Below are positions 1-10,206 of a stretch of 64,000 nucleotides of DNA, piece after piece. This DNA comes from Pseudomonadota bacterium. Lineage in GTDB: Bacteria > Pseudomonadota > Alphaproteobacteria > Caulobacterales > Hyphomonadaceae. Position 1 is the stretch's first letter. Every line of letters starts with the position of its first letter. The DNA lies in contig JBCCIW010000001.1 in assembly GCA_039028055.1 (NCBI GenBank), positions 1,166-65,165 of the forward strand, written 5' to 3'. Below the pieces are notes generated by a model. That model made no database searches, was not told the origin of the DNA, and saw nothing but the letters and a program-made list of their open reading frames with translations. The position numbers and the translations under genes were made by a program.

Positions 1-885
1 CTGCGGATCAAGCCGCCCGGCCCGCTGCTGCCCGGCGCTCATGCGATCGAGCGAGAGTTTAGGGTGATGCAGGCGCTGTGTGACACGGATGTGCCGGTGC
101 CGACAGTGCTATGGCTGGAAGAGGACGAAACCGTCCTGGGTCGGCCATTCTATCTGATGGGCTGGCTTGAAGGGCGCGTTTTTGCGGATTGCGCGTTGGC
201 CGGCGTCGATCCGGCAGAGCGGCGCGAAATGTATCTCGACACGGCCAGGACTCTGGCCCGACTGCATGCGGTGCGCCCTGCGGACATCGGCATAGCGGAT
301 TATGGCAAGTCGGGCAATTACTTTGCGCGGCAAATCGACAGGTGGGCGCGACAATGCCGCGAAGCCTCGGGTCCGCGAATTGCGGAACTCGACCAGTTGA
401 CCGAATGGGTCACAGCACATTGCCCGAAGGACGATGGCTCGGTCGCGATCAGCCATGGTGATTTCCGCATCGGCAATATGATGTTCCATCCAACCGAACC
501 GCGGGTGATCGGAGTTCTTGACTGGGAGTTGTCGACCCTGGGGCATCCGATGGCCGACCTTGGGTTCTGTGTGATGCCCTGGAACACCGGGCCGCAGGAA
601 TACGGCGGGATTCTGGGCACGGATTTTGGGGCGCTGGGCATTCCGACACAGGACAGCTTCGTCGAGACCTACCAGGCCCACGCGATCACCGACATGTCCT
701 TGACGCCGTTTCACCAGGCCTTTGCGTTGTTCCGCTTTTCCGCGATTTTTGTCGGGATCGCCGATCGCGCCCGCGGCGGCAATGCCACATCAAAGGAAGC
801 AGCGGAACTTGGACCGCTGGCCGCGCGCTTTGCCGGACGCGCACTTGACATCATCGCCAAGTCTGAAGGCGGGGCGGTTGTATGA
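1..885 (+). CDS. phosphotransferase-family (APH/choline-kinase-like) protein, 5' partial
   Basis: Frame 1 is open from nt 1 (LRIKPPGPLLPGAHAIEREFRV) into ORF 64..885. Kinase-fold motifs HGDFRIGNMMF and DWELSTLGHP are present. The stop overlaps the next start (ATGA at 882-885). Confidence 0.75.
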   Translation: MRIKPPGPLLPGAHAIEREFRVMQALCDTDVPVPTVLWLEEDETVLGRPFYLMGWLEGRVFADCALAGVDPAERREMYLDTARTLARLHAVRPADIGIADYGKSGNYFARQIDRWARQCREASGPRIAELDQLTEWVTAHCPKDDGSVAISHGDFRIGNMMFHPTEPRVIGVLDWELSTLGHPMADLGFCVMPWNTGPQEYGGILGTDFGALGIPTQDSFVETYQAHAITDMSLTPFHQAFALFRFSAIFVGIADRARGGNATSKEAAELGPLAARFAGRALDIIAKSEGGAVV

Positions 886-1412
886 TCATGCGCCTGTTGG
901 ATTTGATTGATGCGCTCAACGACACCGTCGGAAAGTTGGTCAGCTTTATCATCTGGTTCGGGATTGCCGTGCTGTGCTTCGAAGTCGTGGCCCGCTATGC
1001 CTTCGACCAACCGACGATCTGGGCGCATGGGTATACCCAGCGCCTCTTTGGGTCCTATTTCGCGCTGATTGGCGCATACACGCTTGTCCGGCATGAACAT
1101 GTCCGGGTGGACATTTTCCTGACAGAGCACCGGTCACGGCGCAAAGCAATATTGGACCTGATCAATTACGCCTTCCTGATTGTCTGGGGCAGCGTACTGA
1201 CACTGGAAGGCTGGGCCTTCTTTCTTGACGCCTGGAAATGGGGCGAGGTCGACGACAGCGTTCTGGGGCATCCGATGTGGCCGCCAAAGCTCGCGCTGTT
1301 TGTGGGCAGTCTGCTGATCACCCTGCAAGGGGTCAGCGAGGCGCTGAGATCCATCTTGATGTTCGTTTCCCCGGCAACCCACCCAATGGAGGCTGCACAA
1401 GATGACGCCTGA
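882..1412 (+). CDS. TRAP transporter small permease (DctQ-type)
   Basis: 176 aa with about 4 hydrophobic helices. It is start/stop coupled to its neighbours and sits directly upstream of a DctM-type large permease. Confidence 0.8.
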   Translation: MIMRLLDLIDALNDTVGKLVSFIIWFGIAVLCFEVVARYAFDQPTIWAHGYTQRLFGSYFALIGAYTLVRHEHVRVDIFLTEHRSRRKAILDLINYAFLIVWGSVLTLEGWAFFLDAWKWGEVDDSVLGHPMWPPKLALFVGSLLITLQGVSEALRSILMFVSPATHPMEAAQDDA

Positions 1413-2700
1413 AATCCTGACCTTTGGCATGTTCGGCATGCTGTTGGTTTCCATCATCCTTGGGGTTAGCCTGTCCTTTGCCATGGGGGGCACCGCTGTC
1501 CTGTTCGCCTATCTGATCTACGGATCGAACGGCATGTATTCGATTGTCTCGGCCGCCTTTGGTGGGATGTGGTCGATCCTGCTGTCGGCGATCCCCTTGT
1601 TCACTTTCATCGGCGTTGCACTGGCAAAGTCGAAGATCGCGAGCGAACTTTACCACGCCTTCTATATGTGGTCAGGCAGGATGCCGGGCGGGTTGCTCCT
1701 GGGGACATCGGGGTTTGCGGCAACGCTGTCAGCCATGACCGGAAGCTGCGCGGCCTCGACCATCACCACTGGGATGGTGGGTATTCCGGCGATGGACCAG
1801 CGCGGATATGACCGCAACTTCGTCCTTGGCACGATCGGTGCATCCGGAACGCTGGGTATCCTGATCCCGCCGTCGATCACGTTGATCCTGATTGGGATGC
1901 AGACTGGACAATCTATTGGCCGACTGTTTCTGGGCGGCATGGTGTCGGGGCTGATGGTTCTGGCTGCGTTCATGGTCTACGTCGCCGTTCGCAGCCGTCT
2001 GCGACCGGACTTGGCGCCGACGGTGGATGTGCGACCGACGGCTCGGGAAAAGCTGAAGTCCCTTGGATCGGTCGTCATCCCCCTGCTGATCATCCTGTCG
2101 GTGCTCGTGTCGATTTTCGCGGGGATTGCGACACCGACAGAGGCGGCCTCCATCGGGGCCGCGGCGGTGACAGTGTCGGTCGCCCTGCGTGGCGAACTGA
2201 ACTGGACTTATGTGAAAGAGGTCAGCCACACGACGGCGTCTGTGACCGGCATGGTGATTTGGATCGTCTTTGGCGCCTCTGCCTTTACGGCGATCTACGG
2301 CAGTGGCGGAGGCACCGCCTATTTACAAGAGGTTCTAGGCGGCATGGGATCTTCCCCGTGGATGATTATCCTGCTGATGCAAGCGGTCACGCTGGTTTTA
2401 GGTATGTTCCTGGACCCGGTCGGGATCATTCTGCTGGTGTTGCCGATCTTCTTTCCAATTGTGGTGCAACTGGGTTTCGACCCCATCTGGTTTTGCATCC
2501 TTTTCCAGCTAAACCTTTGCATTGGCTACATTTCCCCGCCGTTTGGATACAACCTTTTCTACCTAAAGGCGCTAAGCCCAACCACACCAATCAAAGACAT
2601 CTATGCGGCTGTTTTCCCGTTCCTGCTGATCATGCTGGGCGTAGGAGCGCTGCTGTTTGCCTTCCCGCAGATTCTCACCGCCGCGACGAGCACCGGCTGA
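1402..2700 (+). CDS. TRAP transporter large permease (DctM-type)
   Basis: 432-aa polytopic membrane protein with typical DctM length and composition. It overlaps the small-permease gene by 11 nt. Confidence 0.9.
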   Translation: MTPEILTFGMFGMLLVSIILGVSLSFAMGGTAVLFAYLIYGSNGMYSIVSAAFGGMWSILLSAIPLFTFIGVALAKSKIASELYHAFYMWSGRMPGGLLLGTSGFAATLSAMTGSCAASTITTGMVGIPAMDQRGYDRNFVLGTIGASGTLGILIPPSITLILIGMQTGQSIGRLFLGGMVSGLMVLAAFMVYVAVRSRLRPDLAPTVDVRPTAREKLKSLGSVVIPLLIILSVLVSIFAGIATPTEAASIGAAAVTVSVALRGELNWTYVKEVSHTTASVTGMVIWIVFGASAFTAIYGSGGGTAYLQEVLGGMGSSPWMIILLMQAVTLVLGMFLDPVGIILLVLPIFFPIVVQLGFDPIWFCILFQLNLCIGYISPPFGYNLFYLKALSPTTPIKDIYAAVFPFLLIMLGVGALLFAFPQILTAATSTG

Positions 2701-2739
2701 CCCCCCAAGCGAACCGAATTTACACAGAGAGAGGAGACT

Positions 2740-3798
2740 ATGATGACCAAGACCACGTCAAAAAATCCAACGCGCAGAGCTTTCTTAACCGGAACAACAG
2801 CGGCCGTCGCTGGGACGACCCTTGCCGCGCCGCCGGCCATAGCTCAAGGCCAGATAACTTGGCAGATGCAGACACATTGGCCGACGGGAAACTGGTACTA
2901 CGAAGAGGTATTTGTTAAGTTCTGTGATCGGATCACAGACGCGACCGGCGGAGAATTGACGATCAAGCCAGTTCAGAACGACGGGCTGGTCCGAACCGGC
3001 GAGGTGCTGGATGCTGTTCGCCGTGGCTTGCTGGAAAGCGCTTTCATCTATCCTGCTTACTGGATCGGACGCATTCCCGCCGCCAGCCACCTAAATGGAT
3101 TCATCGGGATGTGGGACCGGCATGAAGAGATGGCGGCCTTCATGTACGAGATGGGCGCGATCGACGTGATCCGGCAGGCATATGCGGCGCAGGGCGTCTA
3201 TCAGGCAGGTCCGGTGTCATATGCAGGCCTGGCGCTCTATTCGAACAAACCACTGCGGACCACTGACGATTTCAATGGGTGGAAAGTGCGTTCGACCGGA
3301 CCCGCCGCGGAAGTCTTCAAGAAGATGGGGGCAACGCCGGTATCCATCCCCGGGGCTGAATTGTACCAGGGTCTTCAGACCGGTGTCGTTGAGGGCGCCC
3401 ATTGGGGCTGCGTCTCGACCGGTTGGGGGATGAACCTGCAGGAAGTGAACAAATACATCGTCCGCCCCGATCTGGTCGGGCATCTTAACGGTGAGGTCAT
3501 TGTCGGTCTTGAGAACTGGAACACGATCGGTGCCGATCTTCAGGCCACGTTCAACGAAGTCGTGCGGGCCGTTTCTGCCGACGCCAGTGCACATTTCCTG
3601 CATCGCGACATGATCTACGCTCAGCAGTTTGTCGAAGAAATGGATGGCGAGCTGACGACTTTGGATGCTGCGGCATTGGCGGATCTGACCCGCTACTCGC
3701 TTGAGGTCGTGGACGAGTTTTCGGCCAGAGACCCCGAGTTCTGCGGGGTGCTCGGGCCGATGCTGCGCGAGTTCCAGACGCTCCGAGGTCTTGCCTAG
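2740..3798 (+). CDS. TRAP-type periplasmic solute-binding protein with Tat signal
   Basis: 352 aa with a twin-arginine leader (TRRAFLTGTTAAVAGTTLAAPPAIAQG). It is adjacent to the Q/M permeases. Confidence 0.8.
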   Translation: MMTKTTSKNPTRRAFLTGTTAAVAGTTLAAPPAIAQGQITWQMQTHWPTGNWYYEEVFVKFCDRITDATGGELTIKPVQNDGLVRTGEVLDAVRRGLLESAFIYPAYWIGRIPAASHLNGFIGMWDRHEEMAAFMYEMGAIDVIRQAYAAQGVYQAGPVSYAGLALYSNKPLRTTDDFNGWKVRSTGPAAEVFKKMGATPVSIPGAELYQGLQTGVVEGAHWGCVSTGWGMNLQEVNKYIVRPDLVGHLNGEVIVGLENWNTIGADLQATFNEVVRAVSADASAHFLHRDMIYAQQFVEEMDGELTTLDAAALADLTRYSLEVVDEFSARDPEFCGVLGPMLREFQTLRGLA

Positions 3799-3962
3799 GG
3801 CGCTCTGTGTGTTGACTCCGACTTCCCGCGCCCTTTCCAAGATGGCGCGGGGCCACTGCAATCGCCAACCTGGCACCGCTCCACGAAATTTCTGGTGCAG
3901 TTCGTTCGTCAAACGACATTGGCGCCCGGGCAACAAGTGCCATCAAGAATAGGGGACACTTC

Positions 3963-5153
3963 ATGACAACTGTGATGATCACAAGCGCCGTTCGAACGGC
4001 AATCGGCGACTTTCAAGGCGCGCTTGCAGGAATGGCACCAACTGCGCTGGGTGCTCTTGTTGCCAAGGAGGCGATAAAACGGGCCGGTATTTCAGCGGAT
4101 GACGTTCAGCAGGCGGTTTTTGGGAATGTCATCCATACTGCACCGGAAGACATGTATCTTAGTCGGGTTGTGGCGCTGAATGCTGGTGTGCCGGAAACCG
4201 CGCCTGCACTGACACTAAACCGGCTGTGCGGGTCTGGTCTGCAAGCTGTCGTATCGGCGGCCGAGCAAATCATATTGGGCAACGCCGAAGTTACGCTGGC
4301 CGGGGGTGCGGAAAACATGAGCCGGTCGGGGCACCTTTTGTCGGCGCGGGCTGGCATACGCTTTGGGGACGCCCGCGCAATAGACATGATGGTGGGTGCT
4401 TTGACTGATCCGTTTGGAAAAATTCACATGGGGCTGACCGCAGAGAACATTGCCGAACGTCAGGGCATCGGGCGCGCCGAGCAGGACAGTTTCGCGCGAG
4501 AGTCGCACCGCCGGGCCGCGGCAGCCATTTCGACGGGCCATTTTTCCGATCAGATTCTACCTGTTACTGTTACGCAAGGCCGCCAAGAAACTACCTTTGA
4601 CACGGATGAACATGTTCGCCCCGGCGTGACGCTCACGGAACTGGAAAAACTGCGCCCGGCCTTTCGCAAGGACGGCAAGGTGACGGCCGGTAATGCAAGC
4701 GGGATCAACGACGGCGCTGCGGCGCTTATCCTGATGAGCGCAGAAAAGGCTGCCGCAACGGGTGCCAAACCTCTGGCTCGCATTGTGTCCTACGGGTTGG
4801 GGGGTGTTGCCCCCGATGTCATGGGCCTTGGACCGATCCCGGCGACGCGGCAGGCCCTGGAACGGGCGAACCTGTCGGTTAATGACCTTGATATCATCGA
4901 AAGCAACGAAGCTTTTGCGGCGCAGGCCTGTGCGGTGACGACGACGCTGGGGTTCGACCCTGCCAAAGTGAACCCAGATGGCGGTGCGATCGCTTTGGGT
5001 CATCCGATCGGTGCCTCTGGAGCAATAATCCTGACGAAACTGATCTACGCCTTGCAAAGAACCGGCGGCCGTTACGGATTGGCAACCATGTGCATTGGCG
5101 GCGGGCAGGGGATTGCGGTGATCGTCGAGGCCGTTCCGGAGGTTAACGGATGA
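3963..5153 (+). CDS. acetyl-CoA C-acetyltransferase (thiolase II)
   Basis: 396 aa with thiolase signatures NRLCGSGLQA (active Cys), GHPIGASG and CIGGGQG. Confidence 0.92.
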   Translation: MTTVMITSAVRTAIGDFQGALAGMAPTALGALVAKEAIKRAGISADDVQQAVFGNVIHTAPEDMYLSRVVALNAGVPETAPALTLNRLCGSGLQAVVSAAEQIILGNAEVTLAGGAENMSRSGHLLSARAGIRFGDARAIDMMVGALTDPFGKIHMGLTAENIAERQGIGRAEQDSFARESHRRAAAAISTGHFSDQILPVTVTQGRQETTFDTDEHVRPGVTLTELEKLRPAFRKDGKVTAGNASGINDGAAALILMSAEKAAATGAKPLARIVSYGLGGVAPDVMGLGPIPATRQALERANLSVNDLDIIESNEAFAAQACAVTTTLGFDPAKVNPDGGAIALGHPIGASGAIILTKLIYALQRTGGRYGLATMCIGGGQGIAVIVEAVPEVNG

Positions 5154-6148
5154 TCCGTCGTGTCGCCATCGTCGGTGCGGGAACCATGGGCACCGGAATT
5201 GCAATCACATGTCTGGCGGCAGGTTTACCCACCACATTGATAGATACGGCCAATACCGCCCTGGGACGCGCGAAAGACCGTATCTATGGATACTTCGTGC
5301 GAGAGGTGGACAAGGGCCGCATGACGCCGGGACAGAAGGAACGCGCGGTTCAGTTTCTGACGCTTTCAACGGGGTTGGAGGCACCCACTGGCGCGGATTT
5401 GACGATTGAAGCGGTGTTTGAAAACATTGACGTGAAGCAAAAGTTGATGAAGCGGATGGAGCCTTTTTTGCCCGCAGATTCAATCGTTGCGACAAACACT
5501 TCCTGCTTGCAGGTTGGTGTCATTGCAAAGGGCCTGGCTGATCCTGGTCGCTTGATTGGGCTCCACTACTTCAGTCCAGCGGAACGCTCGCCCGTCGTGG
5601 AAGTGGTTTCCAGCAATTTTACGCGCGAGGCCGTGCGCACCCGCGCACTTGGGTTTTTGGCGGCTACGCAGAAGACGCCCTTGCCATGCAAAGACAGGCC
5701 TGGTTTTGCGCTTAATCGTTTTTTCTGTCCATATTGCAATGAAGCGGCGCGATTGCAGGAAACTGGAATTGCCACCCCGGCCCAGATTGATGCCATTGCC
5801 CGCGAGGCCTTTGGCGTGCCGGCTGGCCCGTTCCGTGTCATGAACCTGACCAAACCTGTAATTATGCTGCGCGCCATGCAGGGCTTGGCATCGCTAGGTG
5901 ACGGTTATGTTGTGGCGCGAAGCCTTCAAGAACAGGGCGATGCAGGACGCAGTTGGAACATTGACGACACGGAAACTGCGGTCACGAACGACGTCCGGAA
6001 AAAGGTCGTTGAACGGCTACAAAGCACATTGCATCACACGGCGATGGAAGCAATTGACGAGGGTATCGCGTCCCCATCGGATATGGAAACAGGCGCTCGA
6101 CTGGCCTTGGGGTTTGAGGAAACCTCTTTCCTTACACTTAGAGCGTAA
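5150..6148 (+). CDS. 3-hydroxyacyl-CoA dehydrogenase family protein
   Basis: N-terminal Rossmann motif VAIVGAGTMGTGIA. The start overlaps the thiolase stop (ATGA). 332 aa. Confidence 0.85.
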   Translation: MIRRVAIVGAGTMGTGIAITCLAAGLPTTLIDTANTALGRAKDRIYGYFVREVDKGRMTPGQKERAVQFLTLSTGLEAPTGADLTIEAVFENIDVKQKLMKRMEPFLPADSIVATNTSCLQVGVIAKGLADPGRLIGLHYFSPAERSPVVEVVSSNFTREAVRTRALGFLAATQKTPLPCKDRPGFALNRFFCPYCNEAARLQETGIATPAQIDAIAREAFGVPAGPFRVMNLTKPVIMLRAMQGLASLGDGYVVARSLQEQGDAGRSWNIDDTETAVTNDVRKKVVERLQSTLHHTAMEAIDEGIASPSDMETGARLALGFEETSFLTLRA

Positions 6149-6844
6149 CCGGTGTCCCAAATCGCGGCGATGGTTTCGCAAACAAGAGAGCATCTAGATG
6201 TGCAAAGCGAGAGTTGTTCAATACAAAAAGAAGATTTGACCTGGATGCAGCCCAAGAATGGACGAATTAACATAAATCCAATTATGCGAATATTTTCAAC
6301 GCATTGATATCATTGAATTTCGCCCTCTACCACCTCCCTGTGGGCGAACCCCTGGCGGCATCGGCTCCGCCGGTGCCGCCTCTTTTCACCGGAATGGGAT
6401 TGAGTTTGCCCTGAACGACCAAACAAACGCGGCGGTCCACCTGACAGACAGATTGTACATAGTGAAGGCGATCAAGAACCAGTGAGTGTTGACAAGGAAG
6501 AAGCGGCTCCGGTCGCTCGACTCATCCGTAGTCCCGAGGGCCGAACTGTTGGCTGGGTCTATCAATGGAACACATCCGAGCTGTCCATACTCTGGCTCGG
6601 CACCGAGCGCGCTGCCGACCAAATAGATCCACCTCTGAGCAAGGACATGCTCTCTGCCGCGAAGGCAGTAGCCAACGATGCAGTCACAGCTCTCCTTGAA
6701 AGGTTGTCACGTGGGCGATCGATCTCACCGGACCCGCCCTAAACCTGAAACCGCGATAAACAATCTGCGTTAGATTGACAATCTTACAATAATATACTAT
6801 TGAAGACTATAACATACGCATATCAGCCGACTGAGATCCTCGTC

Positions 6845-7591
6845 ATGCGCAGTTTTCTTCGTCATTTCGCCTTCGCAACGATTGTGAGCACGGCATCCTT
6901 CTTGGGTGCCACGAGCAAGGCTTCGGCCCAAACCTACCCGATCGATTGCGCCATCCTGCTCTGCCTCTCAGGCGGCTGGCCGGCATCAGAGCCCTGCTCC
7001 CGGGCGCGTGCAGAGTTCATCCGTCGAATCACGCCCTGGCCTGTCGAGCCCCCGCTGCAGATATGGCGTTGCCCCATGGGGGCCTCCTTCGAACCTGTAG
7101 ACGACCCCGGTCGCACTCCGCGTGTCTTTGACATCCTCTCCTCCAACGCTTTTCCCCTGCCCCAGAGCCTCGCTGAATCTGATCCCGAGAATGTTGGCGC
7201 CCTCTTGCCCGCCGTCCTGCGGTCGAAAGGTGTCGACCCCCTACCCCATCCTGACGGGTTCGCATTACATCTGATCCAGGACCGCGCCGACATCGACATT
7301 AGTGGACCGGAGTTCAACTTCGTCCGCTCTATCCGAGTCTTCGATGTCCGGTACGCGCGCCAAAGCGAGTCCCGTGACAGCGATTGCAGCCGTTACGCAT
7401 CCGTCCTTATCGGTACCTACGGTACCCAAGGCGATTTCTCCTGGTCTCGTTCGTCCGTCGCGGCGTTGCCGGAGGCGCATGTCGGCTTGGAAGGTTGGGG
7501 CGACCATTGTCCCTCCATCTTTCACCGCTCGGTCTTCGTCGACTGGCGAGACTACGAGGGCAATTACGGGTTCGAGCAGGTGAACTACTAA
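6845..7591 (+). CDS. secreted Cys-motif protein (possibly TrbM/KikA-like conjugation-associated)
   Basis: The ATG at 6845 gives the signal peptide MRSFLRHFAFATIVSTASFLGATSKASA. The mature part starts with the DCAILLCLSGGWPASEPC motif. The family assignment is from memory only. Confidence 0.5.
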   Translation: MRSFLRHFAFATIVSTASFLGATSKASAQTYPIDCAILLCLSGGWPASEPCSRARAEFIRRITPWPVEPPLQIWRCPMGASFEPVDDPGRTPRVFDILSSNAFPLPQSLAESDPENVGALLPAVLRSKGVDPLPHPDGFALHLIQDRADIDISGPEFNFVRSIRVFDVRYARQSESRDSDCSRYASVLIGTYGTQGDFSWSRSSVAALPEAHVGLEGWGDHCPSIFHRSVFVDWRDYEGNYGFEQVNY

Positions 7592-7731
7592 GACGTTTTC
7601 CTCTTCCCCAAACCTGCACCAGAGACCGTGCATCGAAGCGTCCTATAACAATCCGTTGTATCATTGCCCTTCGGCCCCAGCGGGGCTTGATCTCGTTATA
7701 CCTCCCGAGGCGACCAGCCCAACGCCTCGTC

Positions 7732-7989
7732 CTAAATCCGGTGATCGAGTTCCGTCGCCGCCTCGGCCGCCGTCAGAAGTGTGCCCGCATCGATCTGCAG
7801 AGCACGCGCGAGCACGATCAACTCGACCACGTCGACCCTGCGTTCTCCGCTCTCCAGCCGAGCGACGAAGGACTGGTGGCATCTGAGACGCAAAGCGAGC
7901 TCGGCCTGCGTTAAGCCAGCCGTTTTCCGCGCCGCAATCAATGCGTCGCGCAGTGCCTCATGTCCCGAACTCCTGATCGTTTTCGCCAC
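7732..7989 (-). CDS. XRE-family helix-turn-helix transcriptional regulator
   Basis: 85 aa with an HTH core ([40 protein letters not shown]) and a GTG start. Confidence 0.75.
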   Translation of the reverse strand: MAKTIRSSGHEALRDALIAARKTAGLTQAELALRLRCHQSFVARLESGERRVDVVELIVLARALQIDAGTLLTAAEAATELDHRI

Positions 7990-7990
7990 G

Positions 7991-8011
7991 TGTCACAAAC
8001 CTCTTGTGACA
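7991..8011. promoter_or_regulatory. operator-like palindrome TGTCACAA-N5-TTGTGACA directly upstream of the XRE gene
   Basis: Perfect 8-bp inverted repeat (7991-7998 / 8004-8011), 2 nt from the XRE start codon on the minus strand. Confidence 0.45.
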
Positions 8012-8142
8012 GGGCTAATCTACTTTATAGATTATCTAAAAAGTGGATAGTGAGTGTTTACACGATGAAAGAGACTCCGAATTGCACGCCGCCGATACGG
8101 CCAGATGTCACTAGGCGACCCTTTGGAAAGGTCGCGGTCATT

Positions 8143-8406
8143 TCATTCGCCCATCAATTCCAGGAAACGCCCGTAGTCCTGGCTCACCTCCCGCGCCTCT
8201 TCGAACGCCCGGGCGCGCTCAACTTCAAGGCACCGAAAGTAGCTCTGGATGTCTTGGATATAGAGCTCAAAGTCGCTGCGGATGAGATCGGCATAGTCCC
8301 GCGCGGCATCGGCATCGCTTGGCACGAACGGCCTGGGCGGCGGCAAACAGGACGCGGCGGAGACTTCGCCTGCCAGGCACGCGACCAGAAGTATAGCTTG
8401 TGCCAT
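8143..8406 (-). CDS. small secreted hypothetical protein
   Basis: The internal ATG at 8406 gives the signal-like N-terminus MAQAILLVACLAGEVSAAS. No recognisable family. Confidence 0.4.
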   Translation of the reverse strand: MAQAILLVACLAGEVSAASCLPPPRPFVPSDADAARDYADLIRSDFELYIQDIQSYFRCLEVERARAFEEAREVSQDYGRFLELMGE

Positions 8407-8607
8407 GATCGACACGCACAACCTGAAGGCGTCTAAACCCCTTATTTTCTTGATCAAATGCATGGGAGCAGTCTATTCGTTAATTAAGCAAGAATCCGCT
8501 TGTCGCATCAAAAGTTTATCTTGTGCGTCAATACTATATCATCGTATGACTTGGCTTCAACACCTGAAGCCTGGTCATTTGCCCTATTGGAGAACGTGAT
8601 CCGGGTG

Positions 8608-8964
8608 ATGGACCTAGAAAAAGAAGCCCCGAATGTGGTCACCGAACCCAGATTCCGCGATCTGGTCGCCAGCGGCTATCGCGTCGAAGTTGTCTGCAAG
8701 GAAGACGCCTTCAAGAAAGGCCCCAACTGGCATGGGGTCTGGATCATGCGAGCTGTCAGCGACGACGGGATCGAGAAACTTCTGGTCACGGCCCGGACCC
8801 GAACCTCGCGCAACGACATCAAGATCCGCGAGATCAAGACCGTCACCGGGGTCATCTCCTTCCTGCAAGGGATCGGTTTCTCACACGCCGACGTGCCTCT
8901 GGAAGAGGGCAAGCGGACGGTTCACAAGCTTTCCAGCGAAGAGATGGCTGCCAGCCGGGCTTAG
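8608..8964 (+). CDS. hypothetical protein upstream of the virB operon
   Basis: An ATG at 8608 follows an AT-rich promoter-like region. 118 aa with good GC3 bias. No family recognised. Confidence 0.45.
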   Translation: MDLEKEAPNVVTEPRFRDLVASGYRVEVVCKEDAFKKGPNWHGVWIMRAVSDDGIEKLLVTARTRTSRNDIKIREIKTVTGVISFLQGIGFSHADVPLEEGKRTVHKLSSEEMAASRA

Positions 8965-9007
8965 CGCCCTTTTCTTTTCCTCCCTGGCCCTCCCGGCATC
9001 GGCGGAC

Positions 9008-9628
9008 ATGGTCCTGGTGATGGCGGGGGACGGCTCTCTTTCGCCGTCGCGCCCCCAGGAACGTTTCGCGCGCAACTACAATGACGGGGTCGGCGTTGGC
9101 TCGACCTCAGACGGGTTGCGCATCTTGGGCGAGGAGCGCCGCACTGAGCGACGTGAAGGGGTGCGCGTCGCGGCGGTGCCCCCTCGCGCGCTCAAACCAC
9201 GCCCGGATATCCTCGCCGCGATCGAGGAGACCGGACTGCGCTATGCGAGCCACCCTGGGCTGCGTGCGGCGGACATCACCGTCACGGACTGGCTCCACCT
9301 CTATCGCGCCAATATCGAGATCGAGAGTGCGTACAATCCGCACGCCGTCTCCCATGTCGGGGCGATCGGGCTCGGGCAGTTGATGCCCGATACGGCCCGC
9401 GCGCTTGGCGTGGATCCTCAAGATTGGAGGCAAAACCTCGACGGCTCCGCGCGCTACCTCGCCTTGATGCTGGCCGAGTTTGGCGACGCGCGCCTCGCGC
9501 TCGCCGCCTACAATGCCGGGCCCGACGCCGTGCGCGAGCATTCCGGAATTCCCCCGTTTCGAGAAACCCAAAACCACGTCCAGCGGGTGCTGGCCGTCTT
9601 CAACCGGCTGGAAGGAGCGTCCCCATGA
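9008..9628 (+). CDS. virB1: VirB1-like lytic transglycosylase (SLT domain); start uncertain
   Basis: SLT motifs [25 protein letters not shown] and [10 protein letters not shown]. The in-frame upstream sequence encodes a signal-like segment ([15 protein letters not shown]) but has no canonical start; see findings. Confidence 0.75.
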   Translation: MVLVMAGDGSLSPSRPQERFARNYNDGVGVGSTSDGLRILGEERRTERREGVRVAAVPPRALKPRPDILAAIEETGLRYASHPGLRAADITVTDWLHLYRANIEIESAYNPHAVSHVGAIGLGQLMPDTARALGVDPQDWRQNLDGSARYLALMLAEFGDARLALAAYNAGPDAVREHSGIPPFRETQNHVQRVLAVFNRLEGASP

Positions 9629-9915
9629 AGCCATTGACGAAATCCCTGATCACCCTCGCCGCTCTCCTCATCGTTGCGGCAGAGCCGGCCCTTGCCCAGA
9701 GCATCGACCTCTCCCCGATTCAAAGCCTGTTACAGGGCATCGTGGACGCGCTGACCGGGCCGCTTGGCGTCGTCATCGCCACCCTCGCGGTCCTCGGCGT
9801 GTTCCTCAGCTGGTTCTTCAACATCATCGATCTGCGCCAGGCCCTCTGGGTGCTGGTGGGCATCGCCGGCGTTGCAGCCGCACCGACGATTGTTGCCGCC
9901 GTCTTCGGCTCGTAA
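9625..9915 (+). CDS. virB2: VirB2/TrbC-type pilin
   Basis: 96 aa with a signal peptide ([24 protein letters not shown]) followed by two hydrophobic helices. A GGAAGGAG RBS lies upstream, and the gene sits between virB1 and virB3. Confidence 0.7.
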   Translation: MKPLTKSLITLAALLIVAAEPALAQSIDLSPIQSLLQGIVDALTGPLGVVIATLAVLGVFLSWFFNIIDLRQALWVLVGIAGVAAAPTIVAAVFGS

Positions 9916-9927
9916 TCGGGGGTTCTC

Positions 9928-10206
9928 GTGGCCAAACGATCGCCGCTCTTTTTGGGCCTTGTGCGCCCGCCCAAGCTCCTCGGCCTGCCGATCATGTATG
10001 CCATGGTCTGGCTCTTCGGCTCCGTGCTGCTCTTCGTCTGGGTGCAGCACCTGGTTGTCCTGGGCATCGCGGCGATCCTTTACCCAGTCCTCTGGAAGGC
10101 GGCGGATTGGGATCCGCGCTTCATCGACGTGATGATGACATCGCTTCAGGAAACACCACCAACGCGGAACCGGTCCATCCACGGGGGCGACAGCTATGCG
10201 CCATAG
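9928..10206 (+). CDS. virB3: VirB3-like T4SS protein
   Basis: 92 aa with the N-terminus LFLGLVRPPKLLGLP followed by a TM helix. It overlaps the virB4 start. Confidence 0.7.
   Translation: MAKRSPLFLGLVRPPKLLGLPIMYAMVWLFGSVLLFVWVQHLVVLGIAAILYPVLWKAADWDPRFIDVMMTSLQETPPTRNRSIHGGDSYAP

Noticed and set aside
6386-6742. Small ORFs 6482..6742 (+) and 6386..6622 (-) in the low-GC junction region
   Set aside because: They overlap each other, have no recognisable motif or RBS, and have atypical composition. Coding status is unresolved, so they are not listed as features.
8633-9007. Long N-terminal extension of the VirB1 ORF overlapping the 8608..8964 gene
   Set aside because: The roughly 330-nt out-of-frame overlap has a low-complexity Ser/Arg/Pro translation. 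Only the last roughly 20 codons (the signal-like segment) look real; see the frameshift finding.
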